Position numbers and translations under genes: made by a program. A stretch of 64,000 nucleotides of DNA from Mobula hypostoma (taxonomy: Eukaryota): NCBI RefSeq assembly GCF_963921235.1, contig NC_086097.1, forward strand, positions 196,418,001 through 196,482,000. The letters are read 5' to 3'. Positions 12,731 to 26,800 of the stretch are shown here, one piece after another. The notes beneath the pieces are model-generated. The model worked only from the letters and a program-made list of their open reading frames with translations. It was not told where the DNA came from and ran no database searches. Within the stretch, counting starts at the first letter, position 1; every line of letters starts with the position of its first letter.

Positions 12731-13220
12731 CAGTATTGTGCAAAAGTCTTAAATACAGCCAGTTAGGGTACCTAAGACCTTTGCACTGTAAGGCGTTTTT
12801 CAAAGTAGAGCAAAGAGCTAATTTGTAAATATGGCAAGAGCAAAGATTGTTGGTAATGGCAAGGGTGGAGTGTTGTGGGACAGGTGGTACAGAAGGGGTG
12901 GCATGGTTGCAGGCAGATCCGGCCTTGAGAAAGCAGGCAAGGTCATTTGATTACAATTGACTTATTGATCATTACAGGATCTCATCTCTGGTGCTTCATT
13001 CTCCATCTCCTCTCCCCCTTTTCCCAACCATGATTCCCGTCTCCCTACCCACTTCCCACTGTTCACAACAGAGATCCACATCAGAATCAGGTTTGTCATC
13101 ACTCTCATAGGTCTTGATTTTTTTTGTGGCGGCAATACAGTGCAATATAGAAAATCACTATAGCACTATGTAAAAGTCTAGCTGTATACTGCATATGTGC
13201 CTAGGACGTTTGCAGTGTTG
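12731..13220. mobile_element. Composite Tc1/mariner-type non-autonomous element bounded by two mini TIR pairs
   Basis: TA|cagtattgtgcaaaagtctt ... ctaggacgtttgcagtgttg|TA. The host CR1 sequence rejoins across the TA. Confidence 0.65.
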
Positions 13221-14063
13221 TAGATTTAGGGTAAGGGGGAAATTTTTAAAGGTACCTGGGGGAACTTTTCCCATGAAATGGGTGATGAATAAACTGTCAG
13301 ATTAAGTGGTTGAGGCAGATACAACAATACTATTTATTTGCACTCAGATATATACATGGAGGGAGAGGGCTTAGAAGGATATGGACCAAATGCAGGACAT
13401 TGGGACTAGCTGGGTGGGCAATGTGATTGGCATAGACTTGTTGGGCCAAAGGGCTTGTATTCATGCTGTATTGCTCTGATTCTTAGTAATCACTTAAAAC
13501 CAAGGACTCCTATTATACTATCAAGCAAGGCTTTGTTTTCCCACCACCTTCCCCAGTTTGCTTTGGACCATTTCCTCATACTGTATTTCCAAAAATAATC
13601 TTGCTAAGTTTGCCCACATAGGGTTAATCAGGTGATGTTGGTTATAAATCGATCACATAGCTTGGACTTATTGGTGGTTCCAGCCAGGTATGAACATAGT
13701 ACCTATGTTCATTTGAACTGTAAGGATTAACTTTGAGGGGGAAAGAAACACTGTAGGAAAGTTGTTGCTTTTCTTAAAAACTCCTAGATACCCTAACTTG
13801 TATTTACATTAAGCCCCATAAGATGTAACCTAAAGATTAATCAATGGTTTTCATAGCATCTTCGGGGTAGTTGGTGATAAGGAAGTGAGACGGAGGGAGT
13901 CATAGAACTTGTAGGAACAAGAATCTCAAGTGAGGCTGCAAATAAAGCTACTGCTTGCTGGGTTTGTGGAGTATTAGTGTATGCAGAAGATGCCACTATG
14001 AGAGGAATGCAGTGATGATTGATGCTTGTAGGAAAGGAAAACCTCAGAGATTATGGCAAGGTT

Positions 14064-14652
14064 AGAACATAGAAAACCTACAACACAATACAGGCACTTC
14101 AGCCCATGAAGTTGTGCCCAACATGTCCCCACCTTAGAAATTACTAGGCTTACCTATAGCCCTCTATTTTACTAAGCTCCATGTACCTATCTAAATGTCT
14201 CTTAAAAGACCCTATTGTATCTGCCTCCACCACTGTAGTTGGCAGCCTATTCCATGCACTCACTACTCTGAGTAAAAAAAACACTTACCCGACATCTCCT
14301 CTGTACCTATTCCCCAGCACCTTCAACGTGTATCCTCTTGTGGCAACCATTTCAGTCCTGGGGAAAAAGCCTCTGACTATCCACACGATCAATGCCTCTC
14401 ATCATCTTATACACCTCTATCAGGTCAACTCTCATCCTCCATCGCTCCAAGAAGAAAAGGCCGAGTTCACTCAACCTATTCTCATAAGGCATACTCCCCA
14501 ATCCAGGCAGCATCCTTGTAAATCTCCTCTGCACCTTTTCTATGGTTTCCACATCCATCCTGTAGTGAGGCGACCAGAACTGAGCACAGTACTCCAAGTG
14601 GGGTCTGACCAGGGTCCTATATAGCTGCAACATTACCTCTCAGCTCCTAAAT
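14064..14652 (-). mobile_element. CR1 3' fragment
   Basis: ORF 14352-14633 (-) reads LYRTLVRPHLEYCAQFWSP; aacatagaa tail. Confidence 0.9.
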
Positions 14653-15456
14653 TGTGGAGAAATTTCACAAGGAGGTCAAGAACGTAACCTAGGCATCATC
14701 AAACTTAACAAATCCCATGTATGACAGCATGAATGTTTAGTGAATTTAGCTTTCAGTTGTGTGTTTATTAAGGATGGAATATGAGAGATCACATGGAATG
14801 AGTGTGTATAAGAATTTCAGCAAATTAACTAAGCTGAGGCTGGGCTGGAATTTGAGATGTCAGAAATGGAGTTAGGCAAGCTTAGAGAGCAGACGATCAA
14901 CTCATAGCCAAGTACTGTGAAGAATCAGGTTCAGCTTTGCTTGCCAGAGAATAGTATGAAGCCAGAGCTTTTCAAGTAATACGTGCTGTGGACTAATATC
15001 ATACCCAGATTCGATCAACTTCTGCATCTTTGGACACTAAACAGACTGAACTTAGGAGATCATAGTAGCTATTAGATTTACCGCTAATCAATGTTGGTAC
15101 AGTAATTATTTATTACAAGGTTTCCAGCATTGATTTTAATTATCACTGGTTCAAATGTGTCTATATCTGCCCTTAAGTTAAAATACACTTTTTACTCAGA
15201 GCCCCTCTGAACCCAGCAACCAATCACCTTTCCATTGGTCCTGACTTCCCTGTCTACTTTAGAGGACAGGTATTTCAGCACACTCAGCGTTTAAGGCCCT
15301 GCCTGTTGGACTTGATATGGGCCTTACAGATAATAGGTTTGTGCAGTGGTTGTGATTGACATTGGTTTTATATATCATAAAAGCAGATATCATATTTCTT
15401 TTATCTGCTGATGCTTTTATTTTTTTGCTTCAAGCTCTAAAAATATTATTTATCTT

Positions 15457-15860
15457 ATAACCATATAACAATTACAGCACGGAAACAGGCCATCTTGGCC
15501 CTTCTAGTCCGTGCCAAACTCTTACTCTCACCTAGTCCCACCAACCTGCACTCAGCCCATAACCCTCCATTCCTTTCCTGTCCATAAAGCTGTCCAATTT
15601 AACTTTAAATGACAACATCGAACCTGCTTCAACCACTTCTGCTGGAAGCTCGTTCCACACAGCTACCACTCTCTGAGTAAAGAAGTTCCCCTCATGTTAC
15701 CCCTAAACTTTTGCCCTTTAACTCTCAACTCACGTCCTCTTGTTTGAATCTCCCCCACTCTCAGTGGAAAAAGCCTATCGACGTCAACTCTATCTATCCC
15801 CCTCATAATTTTAAATAACTCTATCAAGTCCCCCCTCAACTTTCTACGTTCCAAAGAATC
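15457..15860 (-). mobile_element. CR1 3' fragment
   Basis: ORF 15663-15881 (-) reads LERRKLRGDLIELFKIMRG; ataaccatataa tail. Confidence 0.88.
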
Positions 15861-18800
15861 TTGGTTCAATATTTTAAGCAATCAGCTTAACTTGCAGAGA
15901 TATATTTTTTTAAACTTTACATTTGAATCTTCAATCAGAAGCATATTGACAGACCATACTTAAGAGTCATCAATGAGTCATCAAATAATCCAACATAACT
16001 ACTGGACCTTAAAATCTGATAACCACAGCTATCAACTCAAATTGCAAGTCCATTTTTGGATGTCACTGTATTAAAAAAATTGTTCCATGGTACTTTTTAC
16101 AGCTTAGATAACATGAACCTAGAACAAAAGGAACTAAAGTAGTTATTTGATCTCTGCTTTACTGTAGCAGTAATAAATAAACGTAAATTTAATATGCTGT
16201 CTCTGTTGCCATAGAATAACTACAACATCAAAAACTGAAGGAAGCTTCCTTGCTCAATATACCAAGTACAGAGAAAAGATTGTTCTCCTGGCACATTCTG
16301 AAACTGAGCGATTAAGGATTGTTAAATTATTCTGGGTGAATTTCCTCCGTCAGCTCTTGTTCTGCCACTCTAATTTTACCCTTTTATTCACAAGAGTTTT
16401 TTTTTAAAAAACCTTTGAGTATTACAGCCAGTAATAGAGAACAAAGAAATTCAATATCCTTCCAAATCCCAACCAAAGAACAGTTTATAGTTACTTCTTT
16501 TTGCTCAGATGTCCATTTCCTTATATGATATAATGAACCCTTAAAACAATTTGGTCCTATCAATTATAAATGCAAGATGGTTCTTGGTTTTGAATACCTA
16601 ACTGATATGCTACTGGTTTTTTTGTTCCAAATAAAACTTGCTCTTGTATATGAGGGACGATTTTTGCAAACTGGCAGATAATTACATGAAGAATATCTTT
16701 AAGAAATTATTTCAACAATTTTTCCAGTTTAAACATCAATTTAATAGATTCAAAGTAAACTAACACAATCAAAAACAAACTGGAACCACGATTGCAGTAA
16801 GACAACATGAACATTGTACAAATGTTGAAACTTGAGGTAGATTTGGTCAGCAAAACAAAATTCACTATATTTAGGGATCCAAAAAGCAATTAAAATCAGA
16901 ATTATTAAAGATAAGCAGCAATTAGATAAAACATACTATTGAGTTACAGAAAAGCCATTGCATAATTTAAACTTCACAGTTAAGTTGTTCATATTCTAGA
17001 GCTTGTCTAATACTAGATTTTATATTTAAATTGACTACTGTTTACATGCGACAGAAAAAAATACTCTTTTTCAGGTGTAGCACTGCTAATTTCAAATGTA
17101 GCTACCATACATGGCATTAAGCAAAATATTGAAATGAACTGGGAAAATTTATAGGTTATCTAAAAGTAACATTCAGGCTGGAGTGGGACCTTTTCCAACT
17201 TGCACTCGTTCTACAACTGCATGTTTCCATTTTTTAATTTTTTTTTGGAACTGTAATACTCAATATAGCTCTACTCAACTAATATAAAGAAATATGGTAA
17301 TTCTGGATCCTGAAGGAAGATGTGTTTGTTTTTTACATGTGATACCTGCTGCTGCTGTGGTACCATGATGCTTTTGTTATTCAGGACGTTAAGAGATGGA
17401 CATTGAGGGCTGTAATGTGCTATCAATATACAATGGCGTTTGAGTAGTGATGAGATAAAAGAGGATGCAAACCTTTGAAAACTGAAAATGGTCAACTGAA
17501 ATAGTTAAATCCCAAAGTAATTACGTCTCCCATTATGGCCAAAGGGATTGCCTGAAGTGGCCAAAAGATACGCGATGTTGACTCATCTTGGTATGGTATT
17601 AAAAAGGTCATTGTTTGGAGGTTGGAGTGTTGCTAAACTTGGATGATATTACCCTAAAATGTCAATTTCATTATTTGGGTTTTGAGCTGGCTAGTAGGAG
17701 GAGAAGTAAATTGTAAACAACAGATGTTTTAAATGGCACTCTCGGACAAACAAATACTTAATTATGTAGCTGTAGTTTTGAGAAAAGCATTATTGGATAG
17801 CACCTTGGAGATTATTGAGATCAGACCACCAATGTGGTCTGATAAATTTGATCAATTCTAAGAAAGAAAATGCCTTCCTCAAGGATGTGCTACAGGTCTA
17901 AGGCCAACATAATTTTGCTTTCATGAACCTTGGGGATGAGCTGCTGGACCCACACTGGGAAAAGATTTGTTTATGAGAGAAACCTATTTCATTGATCCAT
18001 TGATGACTGATAACTGTATGGTTAAACGCACAGAATTACAATTCAAACTACTCTGTACATTCTAAATCTACAAAACCTGATCAACGTAAAGAATGCAAAT
18101 GATTGTCTTTTGAGCATTGCCTCTGACATGATGATATTTATTGTGTATTACAGGTAGATAATATCACTAATAGCTAACTTGTACTAAGCACCAAAGTTAA
18201 GTTACTCGATCTTATTAAGAAATACCTACATGGCCAAGACACTAATACTTTTGATGAATGCTTTCTTTCATGCACTGGTTTTATTTGCAATTTTTATTAA
18301 ATGGGTATGCATAAATATTTTTTTGAATACTAGTCTTGAAGGAAATTATTTTATGTAAAGATATGGGGGCATTTCACAGGCTACTAAGAATTTCAAACAT
18401 CCAATGCTGAGATAGAATGTGGATAGACACATTACAAACTTTTTTTTAAGCTAATGATTTGTTCTGTTGTACTTTTCCTGAATTTTCTGTTTACTTGCCT
18501 GTCAGTGCTGAGCACCATTGCTGGATAATTCAAAATTTATGGTTGTGTAGCAGTGGTATGCTTTAGGGCATTTTCAAAGAAACATTAAACATTAGACATG
18601 TTTTAAACTGTCACTATTGCAGCCCAAACTTTAATATAGTAGGGAAAATTGAAATATAGAACAGGTTAATTAACTCTTTCACTCCGTATTGCTTTTTTCA
18701 TTGGATATTGTTTACCAATTGGCTTGGGACATCAGCTTTGATGGAATTATACTATAGACCTCCAAATAGGAGGATTTGGAAGACCAAATGGTAACAGGGT

Positions 18801-18919
18801 TAAGTTAGTGAGTGGGTGGTTTTAACTTTCCCAATATCGACCTCGATTGCCTTACTGTAAGGGGCTGAGATTGGGTGGCATTTTTTAAATGAAGGGGTTT
18901 TAGAGCAACATGGATTGTC

Positions 18920-19290
18920 ATTCAGCATAGAAACCATTTGGCCCAACTTGTCCATGCCACCAAGCTGCCCATTTAATCCATTTGCCTGTGTTTAGCCTTT
19001 TAAACCTATCATACATGTACCTTTCTAAATGTCTTATAAACATTGTTGTTCCTACCTCAGCCACAACCTCTGGCAGCTCATGTCATACATGCACCTCCCT
19101 CTGTATGAACAACTTGCTCCTTTTAAATCTTTTCCCTTTCATCATAAACCCATGCTGTCTAGTTTTTGATTCCCTTTCCTTGAGAATGAGACTGTGCAGT
19201 CAGCCATCTTTGCTCCTCATGATTGTACACCTCTAAAAGATCATCTCTTAGTCTCCTACATCCCAATGAATAACGTCTTAACCTATTACT
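18920..19290 (-). mobile_element. Decayed CR1 3' fragment
   Basis: Similar to the other minus-strand CR1 3' ends (cctacctcagccacaacctctggcagctc). Confidence 0.6.
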
Positions 19291-19329
19291 ACTACTGGGA
19301 AACAGTAGTTTCTGTTTCTCTGCCTTACT

Positions 19330-21500
19330 TTAGGGAAAGAGGATGCAAGTGGTGGAAACGTCTGTGGAGGAACCTTTTGCAAACAGTGACAATCAATAAG
19401 TTGAACCTAGAGTTCAGGTCTTAGGCTGGGGGAGGACTCACCTATAAGATGAAAGAATATTTGCAGCAGTTGCTAGAAGGGAAATATGACATCAGATGAA
19501 GGTATCTGAAAGCAAAAGTTCAGAGTCAATGTGTGTTTGTAAGTGTAAGAAGTTAAATTTGGTAAGATCAAGGAACAAAGTGAGGACTTGCTCAGAAAAT
19601 GAACAAAGTCTATGTGAGTTATGAAAATTGTTATCGTGAGTCCTTTTGAGGTTAACAAAAGATAAGTAGAGATCTTAAGAAATCAGTTAGGATGGCAAAA
19701 TGGGGATATGAAATTGCACTGCCCAGCAAAATTTAAAAAAAGAAAAACAACTCTTAAATATAGGCAACACACATCAAAGTTGCTGGTGAATGCAGCAGGC
19801 CAGGCAGCATCTCTAGGAAGAGGTACAGTCAACGTTTCAAGCCGAGACCCTTCGTCAGGACTAACTGAAGGAAGAGTTAGTAAGACAACTTATCCACTGA
19901 TGTCTACTATAAGCCTACTGACTCTCACAGCTATAATATTTATTAACTTTGCCTCCAACTTTCACCCTGCCCTCAAGCTTACCTGGTCCATTTCTGACAC
20001 CTCACTCCCCTTTCTAGATCTTTCTGTCTCTGTCTCTGGAGACAGCTTATCCACTGATGTCCACTATAAGCCTACTGACTCTCACAGCTATAAACGTTCA
20101 CCAGCAACTTTGATGGGTGTGTTGCTTGAATTTCCAGCATCTGCAGAATTCCTGTTTGCGTCTTTTAAATATACTTGACTGACAGTTGCTAGAGAAGTAG
20201 TAGGCCCCTTCAGGGTCAAAAAGGAAGTCTTTGGTGTCCTGAATGACTACTTCAGATTAATATTTGCTAAGGAGGAAGATGGAGAGTTGGGAAAGATGAA
20301 TGCTTAATAGTCTGAAATGTGCTTGAACCAGGAAGGTGTTAGAAATATTAACTCAGGGCCTAATGAAATCTATCCCACAATGTTAACGGAAGCAAGGACA
20401 GAAATTGCTGGGGAATTTAGAGGTTTTATTTTGAACCTGTAGCTGCAGGTTAGATGAGAAAGGCTGAAGGGTATCAGACGGTCTTCCATACACAAGAAGA
20501 TCAGTGTTGAGCCTTGCATAATAGGGAATCTGTTGGAAGATAATCCTTAAAGATGGGATTAGCGATCAATTGGAAAGGCAGAGCTTTATTAGGAGGGGAA
20601 TAGCATGGTTTTACACATGGAAAATCCTGTTTCAAATCTGATGAGATTATTGAGGTCATTTAGGAAAATGATGGTAAACATATGTTGACTTTAGTTAAGC
20701 TTTTGACATGGTTTCACACAATAGGCTGATCCAAAAAAGTTGAGGCACAAGGAATTCAGAGTGTTTTAGTAAATGAGTTGGAATGGATTTGATGATGGAA
20801 GGCAGAGTTTAGTAGCAGATACTTGTTTCTCTGAATGGAAGTCTGTAATTAGTGGTGTGTTACAGGAATTGGTGTTAGAATCTTTGTTTTTTCTTTAATC
20901 TATATAAATTGATGATTAGTGAGTTTGTAGATCACAGAAAAAATGGCAGAGTTGTCAATATCAAAAACAGTCATCTTGGGATACAGCAGGACCTAGATCA
21001 GCTGGAAAGTTGGGTGGAGTCTAGGCGGATAGACTTCATTCCAGATGTGCGAAGTTGTGCATTTGGATTTTCTAATGTATAGTAAACTGCAGGGACCTTA
21101 GAAGCACTGTTACACAGAGGGACTTCGGGCTATACAGCAAGTTAATAGTGACTAGTGGTGGGGGTAAGGGCAAAGGTAGTTCGCATTCTTGCCTTAATAT
21201 GCCATGGGATTGAGCTAAAACATGATGCAGCTGTATCAGGCATTGATTAGGCCACAGATGGAGTACTAGACATGATTCTTGTTGGCACACTACAAGGACA
21301 ACATTGCAGCAACAGAGACAATGCAGGAGAGTTTTAACGGGATATTGCTTAGAGTAAAGGAGAGATAAGATAGGCTGGGATTATTCTCAGTCGAGTGCCA
21401 AAGGCTGAAAGGTGACCTTGTATAGGTCATAAAATTATAAAGGGCATATAGAGGATGAGTCGGGCTAAAGAGCCCAACTCCATGCTGTATGACTCTAATC
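19330..21500 (+). mobile_element. Old, heavily decayed CR1 ORF2, interrupted by a Penelope piece
   Basis: Collinear remnants of CR1 RT (gggcctaatgaaatctatccc, catggtttt, gactttagttaagcttttgac) and 3' region. Confidence 0.65.
19765..20160. mobile_element. Rearranged Penelope-like insertion: inverted terminus, RT fragments, short + terminus
   Basis: Minus terminus with hammerhead at 19827-19862. RT piece FINFASNFHPALKLTWSISDTSLPFLDLSV...YKPTDSHSY. A 53-bp internal repeat. ttaaatata on both flanks. Confidence 0.85.
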
Positions 21501-22532
21501 GAACGTTGCTGCTGCTGAATCTGTAAACCAAGTCTATAATCTTTGATGTTAATGAAACAGAGACTAGAGGCTGTAGTCTGCAGCACAGACAATTTGTGGA
21601 GACATTTCATTGTAGGAAATAGGCTAATAAATGTTCAATATAAATTTAAATAAAAGGAAAATAGAAAAATACACTCCACAACTAATTAGTGTTTGAAACC
21701 AACATGTTCCAAATGGACTGAGTTATGTGCAAAATGTATTTACCTACAAAAAAAAATCATTCGCTCCACATTGTATACCATTAAATTACCTTGGCTTTTC
21801 AAACAGTGTGAGAACAATTTTGCAAGGGACCTAAAACTAAAAGTTATCACTCCAGCCTGAATTTCAAGTTTCCAGTCTTTCAATTACTTGGTCTACCATT
21901 TTGATGATATATGGAGTACAGAAAATGCAGGTGTATTTCTCTTAAGCACAAAAATTTTAAAGTACATTGATAACAGCATTGCAACTAACAGCATACATTC
22001 AGTCATAAAAATGCAAAAAGTTCATTGACAGGACTGGGGTGTAATGCTATAGAAGAATCTCAATCATGGCAAATGTACTGATTTAATGGGATTGACAGAT
22101 TGAGGACAGGTTCTGCAAGATTTGCTGCAACAAGCATACAATTTTTTTAGGGTACTTTTAGTCTAGGTCACAGTCTGCAAAATGTGGCCCTTTATCCTGT
22201 CAGTGGAATTTGAACTTCTGCAATACATTCATGTAATACAAAGCTACCTGAGATCTGTGACAATAAGGCTTGCCCTTCATGTTTACATAATTCAACTCAA
22301 AATAATAATTACATGAATTACTTTTAAAACCCACAAGCCCCTTTTGTTTAAAGCTCGCATAACAGTAGATGAATAAAGAGTTTATTCAAGGACTGTTATT
22401 GTTCTGAATATTGTGTCGAATGCAAGCACTGGGAGGAGTGGAGTTGGGGAGGAAGAGAAATGCCTTGTAAGATAAAAGATAAATCTTACTCATTTTAATT
22501 CATTTATCTGCAGTAATAGTGTGATTTAATTA

Positions 22533-23527
22533 CACTGGACAACAAAGATTTTGCTCCCTAAATACCTTTAGGTGTATCTTATGAATTTTGGGCTATTGAT
22601 CATGAAAATCACCGTGAAATTTCCCTATCATGCACCATTTTTTAAATAAACTTATGTTTATTATTTCAATTCATAATACAAGTCAATTAAAATGTTGCCT
22701 ACAATGTAAGCTGGAAAGTTTCCTATCTTGTCCAGGCATGCTTAGGCGGCGTGGCTGCTGCATGGCAGGACAGGTGTTAGCAATAATTATTGAGTTCAGG
22801 ACTGTAAGGATGGAATTTGCTATCACCAGGCACAAAAATTTCTATGAAGGATTTTGATATCTGAGACAGATGCTTCCCAGAATAACTGATGCCAAGATTA
22901 AGGAAAGCATTTTTGTTGGTCCACTAATCAAACAGGTCATCAATGACAGGCAATTTGAAGAATTTCTAGTGGGACTGGAGAAAATCACATGGAAGGCATT
23001 CAAGGAAATTATTGAAATTTTTCTCAGCTTCTACAGAGCACCAAACTACATGCAGCTGGTTGAAAGCATGCTTCAAGAATATGAAACCATGAAGTGCAAC
23101 ATGTCACTAAGGATTCATTTTCTGCACTCCCATTTAGACTTCTTCCCTGCAAATCTTGGTGCTGTTAGTGACAAGCATGGTGAAAGGTTTCATCAGGACA
23201 TTGCGGTCATGGAGAAAAGATACCAGGGCAACTGGAATCCATAAATGCTGGTGAATTATTGTTGGACACTTAAGCAAGAAGCCTCAGACACTGAGTACAA
23301 ATGAAAATCATTAACAAAATACTTTTAACTTAGTTGAACTATTGCAAAGCATCAGCACTATTATGCAATTAAACACATTATATTCAATAAAAGTTAATTT
23401 GTTGTTTCTCCAAATTCCTATGTGATACAAGTAGTCTGAAATTATATTTGCGTTCATCTTCAAGCAGTCTATCATAAACAAAAAAAATTCTGAGGAAGCA
23501 ACACTTTTGAAAAAAAGTTGTCCAGTG
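22533..23527 (+). mobile_element. Chapaev3 (CMC) DNA transposon, internal-deletion derivative
   Basis: TIR CACTGGACAAC at both ends, TTA on both flanks. ORF 22870-23244 reads KIKESIFVGP...MSLRIHFLHSHLDFFPANLGAVSDKHGERFHQDI, the Chapaev3 transposase C-terminus. Confidence 0.88.
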
Positions 23528-23584
23528 TTATTTACTTTGTAATGCCCATACTTTCATTTGATGTCTGATCATTTACACTTTGCT

Positions 23585-25194
23585 GTTGACAGGCCTACAG
23601 TTTATTCTTAAATTACAATTGAAAAATAACACTAAAATAGGATCATTTTCTTTCGTTGTCTATTTGGAATGATTTTACTTCAAACTTGCCAGGTGGTTAC
23701 AGGCCAAATAATCAATCTTTGGAAAGATTATAAAACCAACTTACATTATATGTCTATAATCCTGTTGCCTGAGAGAAGAGTGGTAGGTTAGGAGCTAGGG
23801 GCAATTTCACATTTTTATACAGTTACTATCATTTTATATTTTTTGGTTGCCATTGAGATTATCATTGCATTCCCTGCAAAGAGACTGTTGTAGATATAGG
23901 GGAAAAAATGGTCAAAAAGTTATGAATTAACTCAGTAAAAGAATTACAATTAAACCAATGTTATGTTTGTTTTCCCACAGGTTATCTCTTTAAACAGTAA
24001 CAAAAATTAAAAATACATATTACAGGCACAAAGCAAGGAATCATTAGATGTGTCATATTTGTGTACATTTACTTTGAAAAAGAAATATATACCATACACA
24101 AAAGGAAAGCAAAAATCACATCATCCACCATTAGCTTTTACTATTTTAGTAATACCTGTCGTGGATTTGCTTTAACTTTCCAAAATCAGATTCAATGAAT
24201 GATGGTAATCAGTTATATGAGAATAGGCAATATTAAACATAATAATGCTGTAAATATAAAATACAAGCATGCAACTACTTGTACAATACAAAAAGAGGTC
24301 TTATAAATATATATAAGAGAAGACAAGACAATTGTGTATGTGAAATTTAAAAAATTAACAAAGGCCTGCAAATCTCTGGTGGGAAAATGTTTCTGGATCA
24401 ATTGCCGCTTAAAAAAAATCAGCAATAGTCCCACTTGAAAACATCATGTAACTACATTTTACATTTCCCTAGTATTTAGATTACAATGTCCAGAAGATAT
24501 GAGAGCTTGCTTAAAAATATTGTCAGGTTAGGAACCAAATAAACATGGAAACATGCACTATAAAACCCAACAAAAAGAAATAGTACGTGGTGTGATTATG
24601 GATAATCCTTCTCCACTGTCACCTGTTTTCAAAACCCTGAGCTTAACTGTAATTATGTACAGTAAGAATGGCGACACTGGAGATCCTTAAAGTACAATCT
24701 TCAATTGCTTTTGCTCCACTGATTTTGTTCCATTCCTTCAGTGAAGTATTTCTGGTGGCAGTCGTTCACCTTATTTGTTGATCCAGGTCTATTTTTCTTA
24801 TGTTTTGGAATCATCATTGGTTTGATTGGTTCTAATGAAGAAAAAAAAACATTTTGCATCTTGCCCTGCCTTTTTCTGAAAATTGAATTGCTTGATTTTA
24901 TCATGGTGTACGTATGCCTTTTTCCTTGCAAATCGCACACAAGACTCCCTTCTGGAGTTACTGAATAAACTGACCTTGGTTAATAGATCCTTCTTATACA
25001 CTGAGCACACGGTCCCTGTTCTGCTGTAAATGTTTGATAAAGTGACCTCAGTTAGGTAACCAGAAAAATTACCCATTTTGTTTCTACTCAAAATGTGTCA
25101 CTTTACCCTTCTTTTGAGATTATAAGTTGTACTCTATTATGCTGTTATTGTGCCACCCGTCACCATCACCTGTTATTTCTTGCTATCTGTGAAC
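23585..25194 (-). other. GREB1L: Putative GREB1L 3' UTR; candidate AATAAA at 23601-23606
   Basis: Repeat-free AT-rich sequence after the stop codon; end uncertain. Confidence 0.4.
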
Positions 25195-25383
<189 letters not shown>

Positions 25384-25569
25384 TCACATAAATAGCATTA
25401 TTTCAGTGTTCTAAAAAAGAAAACATCACCCTCATGCTAGTCGTTTTCCCACTATATAACAGTAAGACAAGCACATTAATAAGCTAAAAGCCAATAGTTA
25501 TTACAATCTATCTGCCATCTGAATAATCTCCAACAATTGAGCTATATAGGAGAGAAACAAAGTATAGAG

Positions 25570-25648
25570 AAGGAGTCCCCAACCTTTTTTATGCCATGGA
25601 CCAATACCATTAAGCAAAGGGTCCATGGGTACCGGGTTGGGAAATTGG
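25570..25648. mobile_element. Small hAT-like MITE
   Basis: aggagtccccaacc ... gggttgggaaattg imperfect TIRs with an internal ccatggacc/ggtccatgg hairpin. Confidence 0.6.
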
Positions 25649-26363
25649 ATTAGATATGCACATTGATTAAATATGCAGTTGTGGCAGTAACTGAAATGAA
25701 TCAACGTGCTCTTTTCTAGCCAGAAGTGATCAGTCAACTGAGAAGTTGCACAATTTTAGCTTGAAAAGGTAGATTCAATAATCAACAGTAAGACAGAGAG
25801 AGTCCAGCATAATGTAAAAGATGGCAGCATATTACCTGGATCTATAGAAGCATGCTAGTGCAAAATCAAGTGGCAGCAGACAGCAATAAAAATATTATTG
25901 CAAATTTTTCTGTCAGTTCATCATGCATTTATACTTTATGCATGCTTCAATTCATCATATTAGCTATTGCAAATTGCACTGCAGCAGATGATTTTCTTTA
26001 ATGCCAACCAAAAATGTAGAGATCAATTTTGTTGTGCAAAATTCATCATGGAATTTCCAACTGATTACTAAAAGAGAATTTGACTGAGCATTTGTGTGTT
26101 CATGAGGTGCTTATCCATAGAGGCATTTTGTGTGCAACAATCTGCATGCAACATGCCGGAAACAATGTGCAGCTTAAGCAGCAGAGCAGGTCTTAATTGA
26201 AGAAATTAGAGTCCTAATCTGCTCCCTTGTTGGTGAGTAAACCATGGAGGACAATCTGGAATTTTCATCAGGGAAATCATCAAATTAAGGCAAATAAAAC
26301 TAAATATCAATTCTGTAGTCATCAAGTGTAACTACCACATAAAGAGAACTTATGTTCCATTAC

Positions 26364-26502
26364 CTTTAAGAAACATGAATTTCTTGAGAAAGTCAGCAAC
26401 GACAAATGAGTCACAGAGGTAGAGTAGAAGTCCACTGAACAACACCTCCTCAGATTTTATATTAACTGAATGAGGTCGTGAACTTATGTAACAAACAGAA
26501 AT
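26364..26502 (-). CDS. GREB1L: GREB1L coding exon (139 bp)
   Basis: ctcag|ATT ... AAAG|gtaat. Translates [46 protein letters not shown]; phases match both neighbours. Confidence 0.95.
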
Positions 26503-26800
26503 CTGAGAATGATAAAGCAAAGCAAAGTTCAATACATACAACTTGAAAAAAAACGTCAAATATGGTGGATTCCAGTTAATTGGGCAGCCACTTACTTGGA
26601 ACAACTCTTAAAGAACAGCTGATTGAGAAAATAGCCAGGATTTCCTTTGCTTATTAGGAGCACTATGCCACTTAATTGGGACAGGAACCCGATGCCAAAT
26701 GCTTTCTAACTAGTGTAGTTATGTGCACTTATCTATCTGTTAGACTTCACACCATGCTTACAACAGTTTTTAAATAACATCAGCTGTGTGTGTTTGTATT

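Larger units (their letters stand above)
11680..13480 (+). mobile_element. Old decayed CR1 3' part, interrupted by a SINE and a DNA element
   Basis: Remnants of DDTKLGG and VQKRLARMLP and a CR1-type 3' end near 13440-13480. Confidence 0.7.

Noticed and set aside
19708..20178. 156-aa ORF as a host gene or domesticated RT
   Set aside because: Chance fusion of an inverted terminus and short RT pieces; no catalytic core.
24701..25091. Short ORFs downstream of the GREB1L stop
   Set aside because: No splice support or homology; treated as 3' UTR.
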